DNA from: Octopus vulgaris
Taxonomy: Eukaryota
Length of the DNA: 64,000 bases
NCBI GenBank assembly: GCA_951406725.2
Contig: OX597824.1
Span: 52,886,001-52,950,000, forward strand
Direction: 5' to 3'
In this document: in pieces, positions 39,601 through 53,263 of the stretch
Layout of the letters: each line of letters starts with the position of its first letter
How positions within the stretch are numbered: position 1 is the first letter of the stretch
Position numbers and translations under genes: made by a program
The notes under the pieces: generated by a model
Told to the model about the DNA's origin: nothing
Database searches by the model: none
What the model saw: the letters and a program-made list of their open reading frames with translations, nothing else

Positions 39601-39870
39601 AAGTCCGGCGTGAGAGATGTCATCGCAGAGTATACTCGCAGCAAGTATAGATGGGCTGGACACGTCGCCCGGCTCACCGATAATCGGTGGACGCACGCAG
39701 TTGTCGATTGGTACCCGCGTGAGCGGAAAAGACCACCCGGAAGACCTCCACGACGGTGGAGTGACGATTTCAAGAGGACAATTGGGATCACGTGGATCAG
39801 AAAGGCGCGATCCAGAGAGGAGTGGACAGCGTGCTGTGACCAGCGGTGTCAAATGGACGCCTGACAAAGT
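36686..39870 (+). mobile_element. Full-length RTE-clade LINE, ~3.2 kb
   Basis: Short GC-rich leader, single APE-RT ORF and very short 3' UTR; AT-rich simple repeats on both flanks. Confidence 0.92.
36925..39864 (+). pseudogene. RTE ORF (APE endonuclease + RT) with a single in-frame TAA at 38446-38448
   Basis: TYNCR, GLCETR, YAPTS, GDFNAK, IDYIL, SDHRL; KAPG*DG, DYEKAFD, QGNTISP, FADD, WAGHVAR. ORFs 36907..38448 and 38467..39864 share one frame. Confidence 0.92.
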
Positions 39871-39959
39871 GATATATATATACTTACTTGGAAATTGCTG
39901 CGTGGCATTCAATCAAATAATCATATAAATAATATGTTTGCGTATTTAACTGATTATTT

Positions 39960-40440
39960 TCGCATTGCATGTTGTTTACTGTTGGTGACGTCCGTATCAA
40001 TACATGGAGGCACGGTCTGTCTACTGCTATGTGTGTAGCATCTGTGATCTGTTTAAGTGTTGTGTCAGTTCTATGCGTCGATAATACTTTAACTTCTATG
40101 CTATTAATCGAACCTCCATTTTCTGCCCGAGCATGGTGGCAGAGAACTGACGAGTTTTCCTCTTCTTTGAGCTCTCGCCAATGTTCACCTATAAGCTCTC
40201 CTATGCTGCGTGCAATCTCTGCAATGTAAGTAGTTGCCATGTTTTTGCACCACCCCTCAGTACGTCGTAAGCTACACTACATTCTTAAACTTACAGTTAA
40301 CCCGTGGGTTCATCCTACATATAACACAATTGTACTGCGTACAGGAGGACTTATCAGGGATTTTATAGGGACACCAGGCCTCTCTATTACTTTAACCAGT
40401 AGATTAGAGCAACAGGGAGGTACATTCGATGCTAGAAAAC
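39960..40440 (-). mobile_element. Decayed PLE GIY-YIG fragment, same family as 35205..35567
   Basis: YIAEIARSIG...EHWRELKE...GGSINSIEVKVLSTHRTD. Confidence 0.8.
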
Positions 40441-41465
40441 TTTTTTCTCTCTTAAACTGGTGAATATAACATCTAATGTAATTTATATTAAATTGTTAAC
40501 ATTAGTTTAGAAGGAAGCTTTATTGAAGTTCAAGCGCGTCAATAGAAATAGCTCAGCTTATAAAAGGGTTTCTAATTTAAAGAATACAGAATGATAGTGC
40601 TTTATATGAAGAAAATGTACGACAGTGTATGGGAACATATGTCAAATGCCGCCTTGGGCTGTGGTTATATACGAGAGACATTTGTCCAAATTACATTTGA
40701 TTGTACTTTTCTGAAATATTTATATTTTATACAGAAGACAGATTAGATTATGTGGAATGTGATAAAAGAATCGTCTGTTTAATTCCTGTATCAACATAAC
40801 AATTCATAGTCATATTTGATATCAGACCTAATCATGTACTGATACATATAAGATAAGCTAATACATTTCTTGTGCACGTCCTCACGTTCATTTTTATTCG
40901 TTTTTCTTTTTCTGTATTTGAATTGACAACATATATATATATATATATGGATTACCTCTTTCTTCTGTTTCCATATATATTTATACACACATATACACAC
41001 ACATATATGCGTGTGTATGTGAGTATATGTATGTGTGTGTGTGTATGTGTGTGTGTATGTGTGTGTGAATGTGTGTGTCTGCGTGTGATAAATATAAATA
41101 TTCATTTTGACGTAAAAGTCCACACTGGCGTTTGACACTCTTCTTGCATTCGCATTTCTAATTCACATGACCTGGCACTCATCAGCTTCTTACCATTTCA
41201 GTTAACATCGACCCTACTACCCCTAGCATACCTCCACTCCAGTTCACTTCCCTCCCATGTTAAAGTTCACAAATACGCAAGCTCCTCTCACTTGTTTTTC
41301 CCTCTCTTTCCCCTCTCTCCCTCTCTCTCATCGCACTATTATACCACTCTTCTGCTTCTGTCTCTCTACGTACCAACTATTTCATACCAATTTACTTCAT
41401 AAGTAGTTTGGATCTAAACGACTAAACTTCCATACTCTCATTCTCTCTCTTTCTCTCTCTCCCAC

Positions 41466-41513
<48 letters not shown>

Positions 41514-42504
41514 TATATGTACACACACACACACACATAATTAATGATTTGACATTACCCAATAAAATATTTTCCCGGGGAAGTAAATATTTGAACTTGT
41601 ATTCTGGTTTAAGTTTTTAACGAAGATTCCATAGAAATTACTGATAGCGTCCTTGTCCTCCTTTCATTGTCTTTTTTTTGTTTACGTTTATCTTGCTTAT
41701 TGATAATTCAATAGTACTACACGATACGTGATATAATAATAAACAACGTTAAACAGTACCGAATCGAGATAAAATGAAGCACTAAATGGCATTACAAATA
41801 TGATACGAAACATAAACATTCTATATTATAACAAATATGACGTTAAACTAATATCACATGACTTCTACGTATGTATGTAAATACGAGTTACCGACACACT
41901 GTCTCGCAGATATTCTTTACATGATTGGATGCTATGTAACCAGTAGATTTGATACGTCGTTTATGATAACTTCTATCCGCCATATTGAACGCCAACTTCT
42001 GTATAAAACTATTTTATTTCATTGGTGCTAGACAAAACTTTGATAGACCAGGATTAGAAGTTTTCAGGCATTACTGTTATTGATTCTATCCTCACAAGAG
42101 AAATGAAAGAAAATCTCGAAATACACCGGGATTTGAACTCGAAACTCTGATTACAGAGAATAAACTAATTACAGTGATGCATGTAATCAGAAAATCTAAC
42201 GCAGCTATTATCGACTTCCTCATTACTATATACACATATCAAATTTCTTTCTTTCACCTCATTTAGAATCATGATGCACCGCTTCTAGGAATTACGGATC
42301 CGAATATCGTACTTAATGGAATATAGACATTAAATCATATTCATCTCCCCCGATGTTTTCTGTGCTACTGTAATAAGTTTCAAAGCAATTCTAATCATCT
42401 GACCGTGAACCACTACTGACCACAGACAAGACTTTTGAATCTTAAACCAAATTAATATATCTTAGCTGGTTTTCAAAATGTCCCTTTAAGAATTACATGA
42501 ATTT

Positions 42505-42708
42505 CTATGTTTTGTCAAATTCGCTGAAAGTTGGACGACACACCCTCTGGTATTTAGTTTCGGTGAATTCAAATACAGCGCTCGATATAATTGAGTGTTC
42601 CCTTTTCTTCAAATTTCTGGCTTTGTTCCAGTATATATAAAAAACATTATTATAAGTGAATGTATTAACAAAATCGATCCATTGGCAGACAAATTTCGCC
42701 GTTGACAA
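42505..42708 (-). pseudogene. Possible decayed class A GPCR remnant (TM3-ICL2)
   Basis: FVCQWIDFVNTFT...ETKYQRVCRP resembles CKxxxFxNxF...(D/E)RYxxVCRP. Confidence 0.3.
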
Positions 42709-42822
42709 TTTTCATTTTTCGACTTCTCTACGGTTAACGAAGTTAAGCATAAATTAAATATTAGGATCTATGTAATCGTTTATTCAACCCAACTCAGTTT
42801 TTAGCCTTGTGCTTATACAAAA

Positions 42823-42903
<81 letters not shown>

Positions 42904-42930
42904 GTTATTATTATCATCATCATCATCATC
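42823..42930. repeat. (TTA)n/(TCA)n tract at the 3' end of the R4/Dong-like element
   Basis: Read directly. Confidence 0.95.
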
Positions 42931-43895
42931 ATTAGTTTTATTTTATAGCGTGCTTTCACTTCACTACCGAGCGCAACTCTGTGTGCCTTGGGTATGTGCT
43001 GTGATTTGTTGTGATTCTCTGATGGTTATTGTATTGAAAATGTTCTGCGTAGGATGTGTGCAGTGCCTAGTAGTGCAATTTTCTGTATGTTATATGTGTT
43101 TGTAAGTCCTGGTGTTTTTGTTATGTATTTGTCTGAATATTTTTTTATCATGCTTAATGCACCTACTATGATAGGAATTGTTTCTGTTTTTAGATTCCCA
43201 TTCTAGTTACCTCTATTTCCAGGTCTTTGTATTTTGAAAGTTTCTCCATTTCTTTTAGAGACACGTTGTCATCTGCTGGTATTGATACATCAATTAGAAA
43301 GCATTTTTTTCCTTCCTGATCTCTGACAACTATATCTGGTCAGTTGGCCTTAATTTCTATATCTGTGTGTATTGACATATCCCAGAGTATGGTTGCTTTC
43401 TCGTTTTCTGTGACCTTTTCTGGTGTGTGCCTATACCATCTTTTTCTGTTGTTATTCCATAATGTTGGCATAGCTTCCAGTGTATGTAGGTCCCAACTCT
43501 GTCGTGTCTGTGAATATATTCCTTCTTAGCCAGGACTGGGCAGCCAGATATATGATTTATTGTTTCTTGTCCATCCCCACATATTCTGCAGTTACTTGTT
43601 ATATTTCTTTTCATTATATGTTTTTGGTAATTTCTGGTGGGGAGCCTTTGGTCTTGTGCTGCAATTAAAAATCCCTCTGTCTCTGCTGTGAGTCCTGAGC
43701 TTCTCAACTATTGCTGGGATTTTTCTTTGTCTAGTATTTGCCATGAAGGGGCTTTTCTTGCCATCGTTTTATCATGGTCCGTTGCTGTTCTAGTTGCTGT
43801 TCATTTGTTTTATAGCTTTTGCTGTTTCTTCTTCTTCTTCTTCTTCTTCTTCTTCTTCTTCTTCTTCTTCTTCTTCTTCTACTTCTTCTTCTTCA

Positions 43896-43926
<31 letters not shown>

Positions 43927-44390
43927 CTTCTTCTTCTTCTTCTTCTTCTTCATCTTCTCCTTCGTCTTCTTCTTCATATTTGTTAGGTGGTATGATTTTT
44001 TTGTTTGTATTTGTCAGCTTCCTTCAATACTGAGAACAATTTTATGTTTTTCAGAAGACTGAAATAGATATTTTTGCAGTCCTATGGTGGTTATTTTATA
44101 ATAGTTTTCCAGCTGTAAAAGGCCTCTAGCACCTTCTATACGTTGTATATATAACCTTTCTATGTCAGATTTTGGGTGATGCATCCTAGATCCTGTCATT
44201 ATTTTTCTTGTTTTCCTATCTATTTTGGTTAGTTCATTTAGCGTCCAGTTAAGGATATTGTAGCTGTAACTTATAACTGGGACGGCTAAAGTGTTAATAC
44301 CTATTATCTTGTTTTTAGCATTGAGCTCTGTTTTCAGTATTGATCTAACTCGTCTATAGTATTCTTTCCTTATTTTCTCTTTCATTTGGA
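42931..44390 (-). mobile_element. 5'-truncated R4/Dong-clade (RLE) non-LTR retrotransposon
   Basis: LNAKNKIIGINTLAVPVISYS, HHPKSDIERLY, ETEGFLIAAQDQ, CRICG...ETINHISGC, RHD, PDIVV...IDVSIP, IPIIVGAL; followed by (TGA)n(TAA)n; internal (GAA)n at 43826-43975. Confidence 0.88.
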
Positions 44391-44703
44391 GAGAGAATGA
44401 AAAAATAAACAGATAGAGGAGAAAATGTCCAACAGTCGAACATGACGAGATGACCGTGAAAAAGGGGCTGAATATATATTATAGTAGAAACCATGTGAAC
44501 CTAAGTAGTACAATCTTAGTGATTGCAAGAGAATTATTTAATTACTGATAGCGCACAAACGACCCAACAGGATGTCGGTGCTTTGAAATTATGTCTACAT
44601 TTATCAATACCATGTCAGCCACTATTGAACATAAACCTAGAATACATAATTTTAGTTCGTGTGTGCATATATATATAAATGCACACACGCACACAATAAA
44701 GTG

Positions 44704-44744
<41 letters not shown>

Positions 44745-45429
44745 ATACATATATGAAGAATATGCATAAGATTGCAGATATACGTGCGTGTGTGTGTTTA
44801 TATCCATCTGTATACGTATCCACAATTATGTGTTTGCTTAGATTTGATATTGCAAGAGGTCACTTAAATTGTCCATTAGCTTAATATTCTATTACAAACA
44901 GTAAAGTAAGAAGATCTCTATCTCTCTAACTCGTTTGTAAACTCTAGAGAAGATTCCATCATAGTTTCTCATATCCTTAATTGTGTTCCACTTTTGATAA
45001 TACTGATGGTTCTATATCGTGATTCCATTGTACATTTTCTAATTATCTTCTGTATTCATTCAAAAGTCTTGTCAAGATTTCTGCTTCGTTAAACTGGAAC
45101 GAATCATTTAGTAAATACTTCACAGTAATTTAACCGAAACAAACTCAAAAATAGTAAACAGAAGAAAAAAACTATATATTTTTATTACAAACATGTATTA
45201 AAAAGTTGTAATATTTGTTTATATTCTAAACCATTTAACACATCAGTGGATTAATTCGTGCAAAGCTAACATTAAAATTCAGTGTGTGTGCATGTGTATG
45301 TGTGCATGCGTGTATGTACTTGCATGTATACATAATACACATACGCACGCACACACACATACACAGATAGATAGATGGACAAATACATACATGCATACAC
45401 ACACATACATATATATATGAATATATATA

Positions 45430-46571
45430 TATGAATTGGATAATAACTATGAATTGGATAATAAAACTGAACCTTATGTACCTATGCACCCTAGAATTAC
45501 TCTGAAAGACCATAAAGATCATTTTTATTCAGACCCTAAAGTTAGATTAATTTGTCCATGTAAATCTGACCTTGGTAAATTGAGTAAACTTATTTTAGAT
45601 AAATATATTAATAAATTAAATAAACTTAATTACTTAAAATTATGGTTTAGTAATGATGATACTTTGAATTGGTTTAATAATATTAAAGAAAAAAATCGAT
45701 ATAAATTTATTCAAATAGATATAGATAATTACTATTCTTCTATTAATGAAATTGTGTTTAATAAGGCCCTTATTTTTGCAATGAATAAAGTGGGAATGAC
45801 ATTTGAAGAAGTTAATGTAATTAAAATGGCTAGGAAATCATTTATTAAATATAAAAATAAATTATGGGCTAGGAAAGATACTAGGGACTTTTTTGATATA
45901 CCTATGGGAGCACCTGATTCTGCACAAGCTACGGATTTAGTAGGTATTTATCTTTTATCTGAACTCCAATTAGAAAATTTAAAAATAGAGGGTGGTTTAT
46001 ATAGGGATGACCTTCTACTAATTACTAAGAATTGCACTAATAGGAACCTAGAAGTATATAAGAAAAAACTTTATAGTTTCTTTAAAAGATATGGTTTAAG
46101 TATTACTATATATAATGAGAATTTTAATGTTAATTATTTAGATGTTAATTTTAATCTAATTATAGGTAAAACACAACCATATCATAAACTTAATGAGAAC
46201 CTTAGATATATAAATGTTAATAGTAATCACCCACCATCAATTAAAAAATCGTTGATTTATAATATAAGTAAACGTATATCATTACTTTCTTATGATTTAG
46301 AGATTTTTAATAAACATGCTCCTTATTACAATGAGGCCCTTAGAGAGGCAGGTTATAATAGTAATATTAATTTTTTTATTAAAAATAAAGATATAACTAA
46401 TAATATTGGAGATAAAAATATTAATAATAATTATAATAATTTTGTTAGTAATAATGGTAATAATATTAGAAATTATAAAAATAAAAATAATATAAATAAA
46501 AATAAGTATAAAAATAAAAATAAAATTAATAACTTTAATAATTCTTTAAATGTTAATTATAAATTTAAATC

Positions 46572-46603
<32 letters not shown>

Positions 46604-47819
46604 TGATAAAGAAATATAATAATAACAATAATAATGACAGTTTTAATAAGAAGAAGAAGGAAAATAAGAATAAAATTTGGTTAATAGTTCCTTATGGTGC
46701 TTAAGTTAAAAAGGAACATTATTAAAGAGATTTTAGATATTATTGAACTATTTATTCGAGATAATCGTAAATATAAAAACATTTTCTCTAGTAATAATTT
46801 TGGAGTAGGTTATTCCACCACTAATAGTGTAGGTAACATTATTTCTTCTTTTAACAAATTTAAACTGAATAATTTTTATAAAAATAAATTATATAATAAT
46901 ACCAATAATAAAGATAAGACACTAATTAACTGTACATGTAGAGATAAAACTAAATGTAAATTAAATAATAAATGTAATATTAACGATGTAGTGTATAAAT
47001 GTATAGTTACATTACATGATGAGAATAATAAGAATAATAATAACTCAAACGCAATATATATAGGGTCCACTTCCTCTAAAATAAAATTAAGAATCGCACA
47101 ACATATGAATTCATTTAAAAATAAAAACTTAATTAACTCCACTGGACTTAGCAAGTACATTTGGGGACTTAAATCCCAAAATATTAATTATAATATATCT
47201 TGGGAAATAATTAGTAAAATTAAATCATATAGTATAGGAGCGAATTTTTGTTATTTATGTTCTAATGAGTTTAAGGAAATTTTATTTTATAAGCATGATA
47301 ATTTACGGAATATCTGTGATGAGCGCAAAATAAAATGAAGACACAAGTTACTTTACTTATATAATAAATTTCTTGATAAATAATGAATATTTCTTAGCCT
47401 TAATTAGCTCCCTATTTGTTGTTTTATGTAATAGTATTCTAAATATAGCAGGTGATTTGTAATACTTATTATATTAGTTTATTTTAGTTATTTAGGTTCT
47501 GCTTTTAATTATAGTTAGATTATATAAAGTTGTTCATTTTATTACTAAATATTTTATTACTAAATATATTTTTAATAAATATTTAATGGTTTATTGAATA
47601 TAGAGTTTGATATTTCAATTACCTGAAGATTGACTGTAACCATAACTCGAATTTTTACGAATTGGACAGCCATGAAACGATCGTAGTGTTTTACTCATTA
47701 TCTTTTATTAAACTTTTAATACTTTTGATATATATTTAAAATAATATAATTTAATTAATTTTATGTATTGGCTTAAGTTTTTCATTGTTTGATTTGCCTA
47801 ATAGTGGTTTTATCTCTAA

Positions 47820-47823
<4 letters not shown>
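45430..47823 (+). mobile_element. 5'-truncated, very AT-rich PLE (RT + C-terminal GIY-YIG; resembles the Hydra group) in (TA)n
   Basis: ITLKDHK...VRLICPCKSDLGK, PMGAPDSA, LYRDD, SNHPP, CTC...C...C, VVY...YIGST...H...CYLC; stop/frameshift at ~46702; HHR in the 3' repeat. Confidence 0.88.
47618..47687 (+). ncRNA. Type I hammerhead motif with extended stem II
   Basis: ATTAC-CTGAAGA(47623-47629)-T-TGACTGT...ACAGCCA-T-GAAA(47674-47677)-CGA-TC-GTAGT; predicted cleavage after 47682. Confidence 0.7.
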
Positions 47824-47890
<67 letters not shown>

Positions 47891-47899
47891 AATATACAC

Positions 47900-48776
47900 A
47901 GGGTGCTACGAAGCCGTGGCCAGCAGGAAGTGTTGCACGCCGGAATTCATCCAACAGCTAATATGATTGAAGATCCGAACAAGAGAACTTTGGCTTTAGC
48001 AAGAGAGATGCATGTTGGTGTCACCATCATGAAGCTGGCTCCTAAATAAAGACCTTTGCTCCGTCTCGTACGAGAGGTGCAAGAGACAATTTGTGACAAT
48101 CAAGGCAAAGGAAACCCACTTCATTAAGACAAAGTGACGTCCCAAGTATCATGAAAATCGAGTTCCCCGAAACTGTGATGACCTTTGTATGTATCTCCAG
48201 TGAAGATGACGTCAGCCGCCCCATATCTTTGAACAGGCTCCATTCCGTCGGCTATGCGAAGTTGCTAGAGACTGTAGTTAAACCCTAGCTGGAGAAAGGT
48301 GCTTCTAGAAGGCCATACCTGTGGCAGCAGGTTGCGGTTCCTTGCCATACGTCTTGAAAGAATCAGAAGTGGTTGTCAGGGAATTTCTACGACTTCCCCA
48401 ACTCCAATTTCTGGCCTCCTAATTCCCTATGAATTAGTATGTGTTTGTAATCCCATAGATTAGTATGTGTGAGATGCGGTTGAGGGAGACACCAACTGCT
48501 CTACCTGAAATACTAAATTCGAGTTGGTGGCCATGATCAAGGATGTAGTCGATCTCCTTAGGGACACAGTAAGGAACGAATACGCTTGATTCCGGAGTCA
48601 TCTTGAGGGTGTGGTGGAAGCTAAGGGCGTCTATTTGGAGTAAACTGTTATCCACATAGCATAATCTAATTGATTTTTTTTAAAAATTTGTTTTAATACG
48701 TTTTTATTTTGAGACTGAATGTTGTGTTTTTCTTTTTCTTTTATGCAAACTGTCAAATTTAGTTCGAATAGCCTAT
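47900..48776 (+). mobile_element. Decayed IS630-Tc1-mariner transposon remnant
   Basis: VMTFVCISSEDDV, LWQQVAVPCHTS, NFWPPNS; probable right end ...GTTCGAATAGCC-TA; left TIR not found. Confidence 0.7.
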
Positions 48777-48789
48777 ATATATTGTTTCA

Positions 48790-49506
48790 GACGATTTAGG
48801 CTCAAGTCCAGTGTCTTTCAGTTATGTTTTTGAGTTAGTCCTTGTATTTTCGAAGAGGGCAACCCCATGGTCTTTTCCATGAAGTGAGTTAGCTCCATAA
48901 GACTTGACGTGGGAACCTTGACTCTTTTATTCTTGCTAACCATCGAAGATGATGTTTCATGATCAACGATTCGATACTTTGACCGTTGGCTCTTTCCAAG
49001 ACTTCGTTATTGGTCACGCAGAATTCTGATTTTCAGCTGTGTTCGAATTTCTGTTTAGTGGGGAAGAATGTTCCTTCCAGATTGGGAGTATGTCTTGTAG
49101 ATCGGTCAGAATGCTTGTATTGTCATGTACCTGAAGAGATCCAGTTGATGTTCGCTCCGGTCCAAATAGTTTCTTCATACCAACAAAAAGATTTTTGAGA
49201 TCATGTGCCCTGAAGTTTGACTGATTTTTGTTGCTACCAGATGTTCTTCTTTGTTTGAGACTCCTGTTTCAGCTTCCGGAAATGCTTCTATTTGAGTCTG
49301 GATCTTCGATCTTGTTCATGAGCCAGATGAGCATTCTTTTTTGCCTCGATCAGGTTGTTGATACCAGTATTGTTTTTTTTTTCAAAGCACTTGTGATTAA
49401 TGGTTTTGGTGATGCCGATAACATTGTTGGCTATTTTTGTGACAATGGTTCTCCAGTCTTCATCAACAGATTGGTCGCTGACTGGATTAAAACAGATAAA
49501 ACACAA
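48790..49506 (-). mobile_element. Decayed RTE-like LINE fragment (linker region)
   Basis: VDEDW...IANNVIG...CFEKKNNTGINNLIEAKKNAHLAH. Confidence 0.5.
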
Positions 49507-49670
49507 CTTTAATAGGAAAAACGGCTAGATATGATAGGGTTATGAACGGTGTTATAGACAATATATAAACTGGCTTCTTCTCACACAATTTATAGAAAAT
49601 TTAAAAGCAATGTATAAGTCTATAGAGCCAGACATTCATACACACACTCACAGACGCATACATGTACATG

Positions 49671-50235
49671 TTAGTTAGTTAGTTAGTTAGTTAATTTGGC
49701 TCAAAAGCAAATAGCAAGGCCATGTAGGGGGACATGGAGTTAAGTACAGGGTGGTGTTCATGTAAAGAGTTCAGGCCACTTGAGGTCCAGGGAGGCTTTG
49801 AACAAAGCGGTCGTCGGCATCTTCACCATCTCGTCTGGCAGCTTGTTCCACGGATCCGCAACCCGGACGGAGAAAGCTCCTCTCCTTCGATTGAGATGAA
49901 ATCGTCGCAGGTAGAGCTTTTCGGAATGACCCCGCAGCCGACGCTCCGGAGCAGGAGTGAAGAACAGCTCTTTCGAGAGGTTACACTTCTCGCTTATGAT
50001 GTTGTGAGCGAGAATGAGATCACCACGGCGGCGGCGTTTTTCAAGAGAACAAAGGTCGAGCGTCCTCAGCCTTTCTTCGTAGGACAAATTTTTGAGACTA
50101 TGAACCATGCGGGTAGCCAGCCTCTGGACTCTTTCGAGGTGCTGTATGTCTTTGAGGAGATAAGGAGAAGAGGCTTGAATCCCATACTCCAATATGGGTC
50201 TCACCAGCGTGACATAGAGGGCAGGAATATGGCTG
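49671..50235 (-). mobile_element. 5'-truncated CR1-type LINE 3' end with (TAAC)n tail
   Basis: LYVTLVRPILEY, LERVQRLATR, YEERL, RRRRGDLI, RGHSEKL, FSVRVADPWNKLP; (TTAG)n at 49671-49692 on +. Confidence 0.88.
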
Positions 50236-50346
50236 CTACACACATACACACACACACACTAACAGATAACAATCGGAATGCACAAGACCAGAAGATAGTG
50301 CAATCCCCGAGACAGAGTCGGTGCGTGGCTTTGGAATCCACTTGAG

Positions 50347-50615
50347 TGTGATGTGTGACTGCCGTTGTTCTGTAGTTGCTGTTTTACGCTAGTAGCCACA
50401 ATAGTTACTAGTCATCGGATACCGTTGTATTTATTCGTACCAGAATATTAATATACTAACTTCTTCTGTCTGATGGCTCCACAAGACACCGACTAGAACT
50501 GTCGACTCTCAGCTCTTCGACTTTCGACCCTCTCTTGACGACCAGCTTCTGGTCTATTTATAATGGATGTCCTCTACCACTTTTTACGGGAAGGGGTATA
50601 CAGTTTCACTATACA
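50347..50615 (-). repeat. 3' LTR; PPT at 50616-50627
   Basis: TGTGATG...CACTATACA; minus-strand TAAAGGGGGAGA precedes TG. Confidence 0.9.
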
Positions 50616-53263
50616 TCTCCCCCTTTAATTATTTTATTTAACAATCAATTTCTGTCATTCACCCCCACCTCCTCCTTCTTTTCATATACTCAATATCTTT
50701 TCTTCTTAGGATCTACTTTAAGGAATTTTGTGTTCTTCCTTTTCCTTGTACGTGTGGTTTCGACTTCTTGTAATGGTGTTGGAACATGAAAAGTGTCATA
50801 TAGCCAATCCATCAGTATTTCTACTCTTGTTGGTTCTTTTTCTACGACTCTTTCCTTGAGCTGATTTCTCTGTCTCCTTTCCATTCCATTTCTGCTTCTT
50901 ACACTATACATTATTCTTCCCATGTATGTTACAATTTCTCCTTCTTCCCAGTATTGTTTGCCATTTTTCTACATTCTTACATATAACTTATCACTGATTC
51001 TAAAGAATTTTGGCATGTCTTTACTAGCACGTATTTTTTACTTCACTGGTAACTGTTTATTTAATACTAATTTTACCTTTCTAGCAAACATTGATTCTGC
51101 TGGTGAACTTCCTTCTGGCACAGTTGGGTTCAGAGTTACCTTGTATACCCTTAAGAATTGTTGGATCGCGACCTCGTCCGTGGCTTCCTTATTAGCTTTT
51201 TTTAAAATCTCTCTTAAAGTGCCCACGAACTGTTCGGACCTTCCATTCGATCTAGGGTGTGATACGGTGCTATAGTCTAACGTGGACATCTCGTAGAATT
51301 TTTTAAACTCACAGGATACAAATTGTGTTCCCTATCAGAGACAATTATATCCGGTACACCAAATCTTGAGAACAGCTCGTGTAAGAAGTTTATTACCGTA
51401 TATGAGGTTGGTCGCTTACACCTGCGACCTCAGGCCATTTTGTGTAGCTGTCCACTACTATTAAGTAATAATATCCATTTACAGGACCTACAAAATCAAT
51501 AAGCAATCAGAACCATGGTATTTTCACTTTCCACCAAGGTTCATATTTTGTAATAAGTAGTTTCGCTGCCAGCGCACATCTTCTGCAGCCTTTTACCAGG
51601 TTTTCAACTTCCTTTTCCATGTTTGGCCAGTATATGAAACTTTGCATCAGCGCTTTCATCCTAGTGATGCCTTGGTGTCCCACATGGCATTTTTCTGTAA
51701 TGTCTGTGGTATGACCACTCTCTGAGCGCACATTAGTACGCCATCACATATAGAATACACGCTCACATTTTGGCGGTTCTTTGCATCAGACCTTTCTTTA
51801 TTTCCTTTTGTCGACCACAGTTTTCTTTTAGTTTTATTAATAAATTTGTCATTTCTAGCATTTCTTTTTATTTCTTCCAAAGTTACTGGTAGTTCACGCA
51901 CGATGTTCCACATCATTTATTTTGTTTCTGCTTCCGCTCTTAGCGCTGCTATTACGGTGTCCTCCAGCAGTGCGTTATTTCTCGGAATTAACCTAGACAG
52001 ACCATCAGCATGCACCAACTTTTTTGAAGGCAGATATTCCATTCTATAATCGTAGTTTAATGGAATGGTACCCCACCGCTGCAGTCTGTTTGCTGCATGT
52101 GTCGAGATTCCTTTCTTCGATCCGTATATCGTTATTAGAGGTCTATGATCCGTTTGCAACCAAAAACGTCTGTCGTGTATGAACCTGTGGAACTTTTTCC
52201 CGCCAAATATAATAGCCAACGCCTCTTTTTCAATCTGGTTATAACTCTTTTCCGCCGGCAATAATATCCTTGATGTGTGAGCGATTGCCTTTCTCCTGCA
52301 ATTGTTATCCTTGTAAAGGAGCACGGCTCCTGTAGCATCTGTAGCTAGTATTATCTCTAACTTTGGATCAAAATGCGTAAGATACAAGTCTGAAGTTAAC
52401 ACATCTTTTAACTAGTTAAATGTTTTCTGGCATTTTTCTGTCCAATCCCATTTGGCTTTTTTTAGTAATTCATTAAGTGACCTAGGTATTTTATTTTTTC
52501 CATAAAAAATTAGCAGTTTATTCTGTCAGTTTTAGTCATTATTCACTTACTTTCTTGCTCTTTAACAAAATGTCATTGAGGTATGCGATGGTGAAGTCGC
52601 AATCACTTAACGTCGCATCCATTATTTGTTGGAATATGGCGGGTGCCACTTTTACACCAACTGGCAGTCGTTTGAACTTATACAATCCACGGTGCGTGTT
52701 TATTGTTACTAAATGTGTACAATCTTCCTCTAACTGAATTTGAAGCTATGCCTCTGAGAGGTCTAACTTCGGAATAATTTTCCCTCCGTTTAGCAAATAC
52801 TTCTTCTGAACTTGGTCATAGGTAATTGTGTGCGAGTAAACAGTTGTTTAATCCGCTTGAGAAGTCTGTGCACACTCTTAGCTTATTTTTTTACGTAGAC
52901 CGCCGATGCTGCCCAGTCTTTTCAATTATATTCAGGCTTTCCAACCTTTCTAGTTCTTTATTGACCTGGTCTACCGCCGCAAACGGCATGTTCCGTTTGG
53001 ACCTGAAACTAGGTGTTGAATTTTCTTTGATAGCAGTCCTTGCTTTTGCTTTTGTACAACAGCCTAAAACCTTCCGAAATCTTTTGAGAATGCTTCTTTC
53101 ATTTTTTGTTTCAGTTCATCGGCCTCCTTCGAGCGTTTGACTGCTCCGTTTACATTATTGCACAAAATGCTTATGGGCGTATCCCATAAATTAAATTTCT
53201 CCATACATGTGGTACCAAATAAATTCATGAATTTTTTCAACACATAAACATTCACTTTTTTGG

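Noticed and set aside
45000-45070. Plus-strand TM5-like peptide FYIVIPLYIF
   Set aside because: Single isolated motif; it shows how easily AT-rich DNA mimics TM segments.
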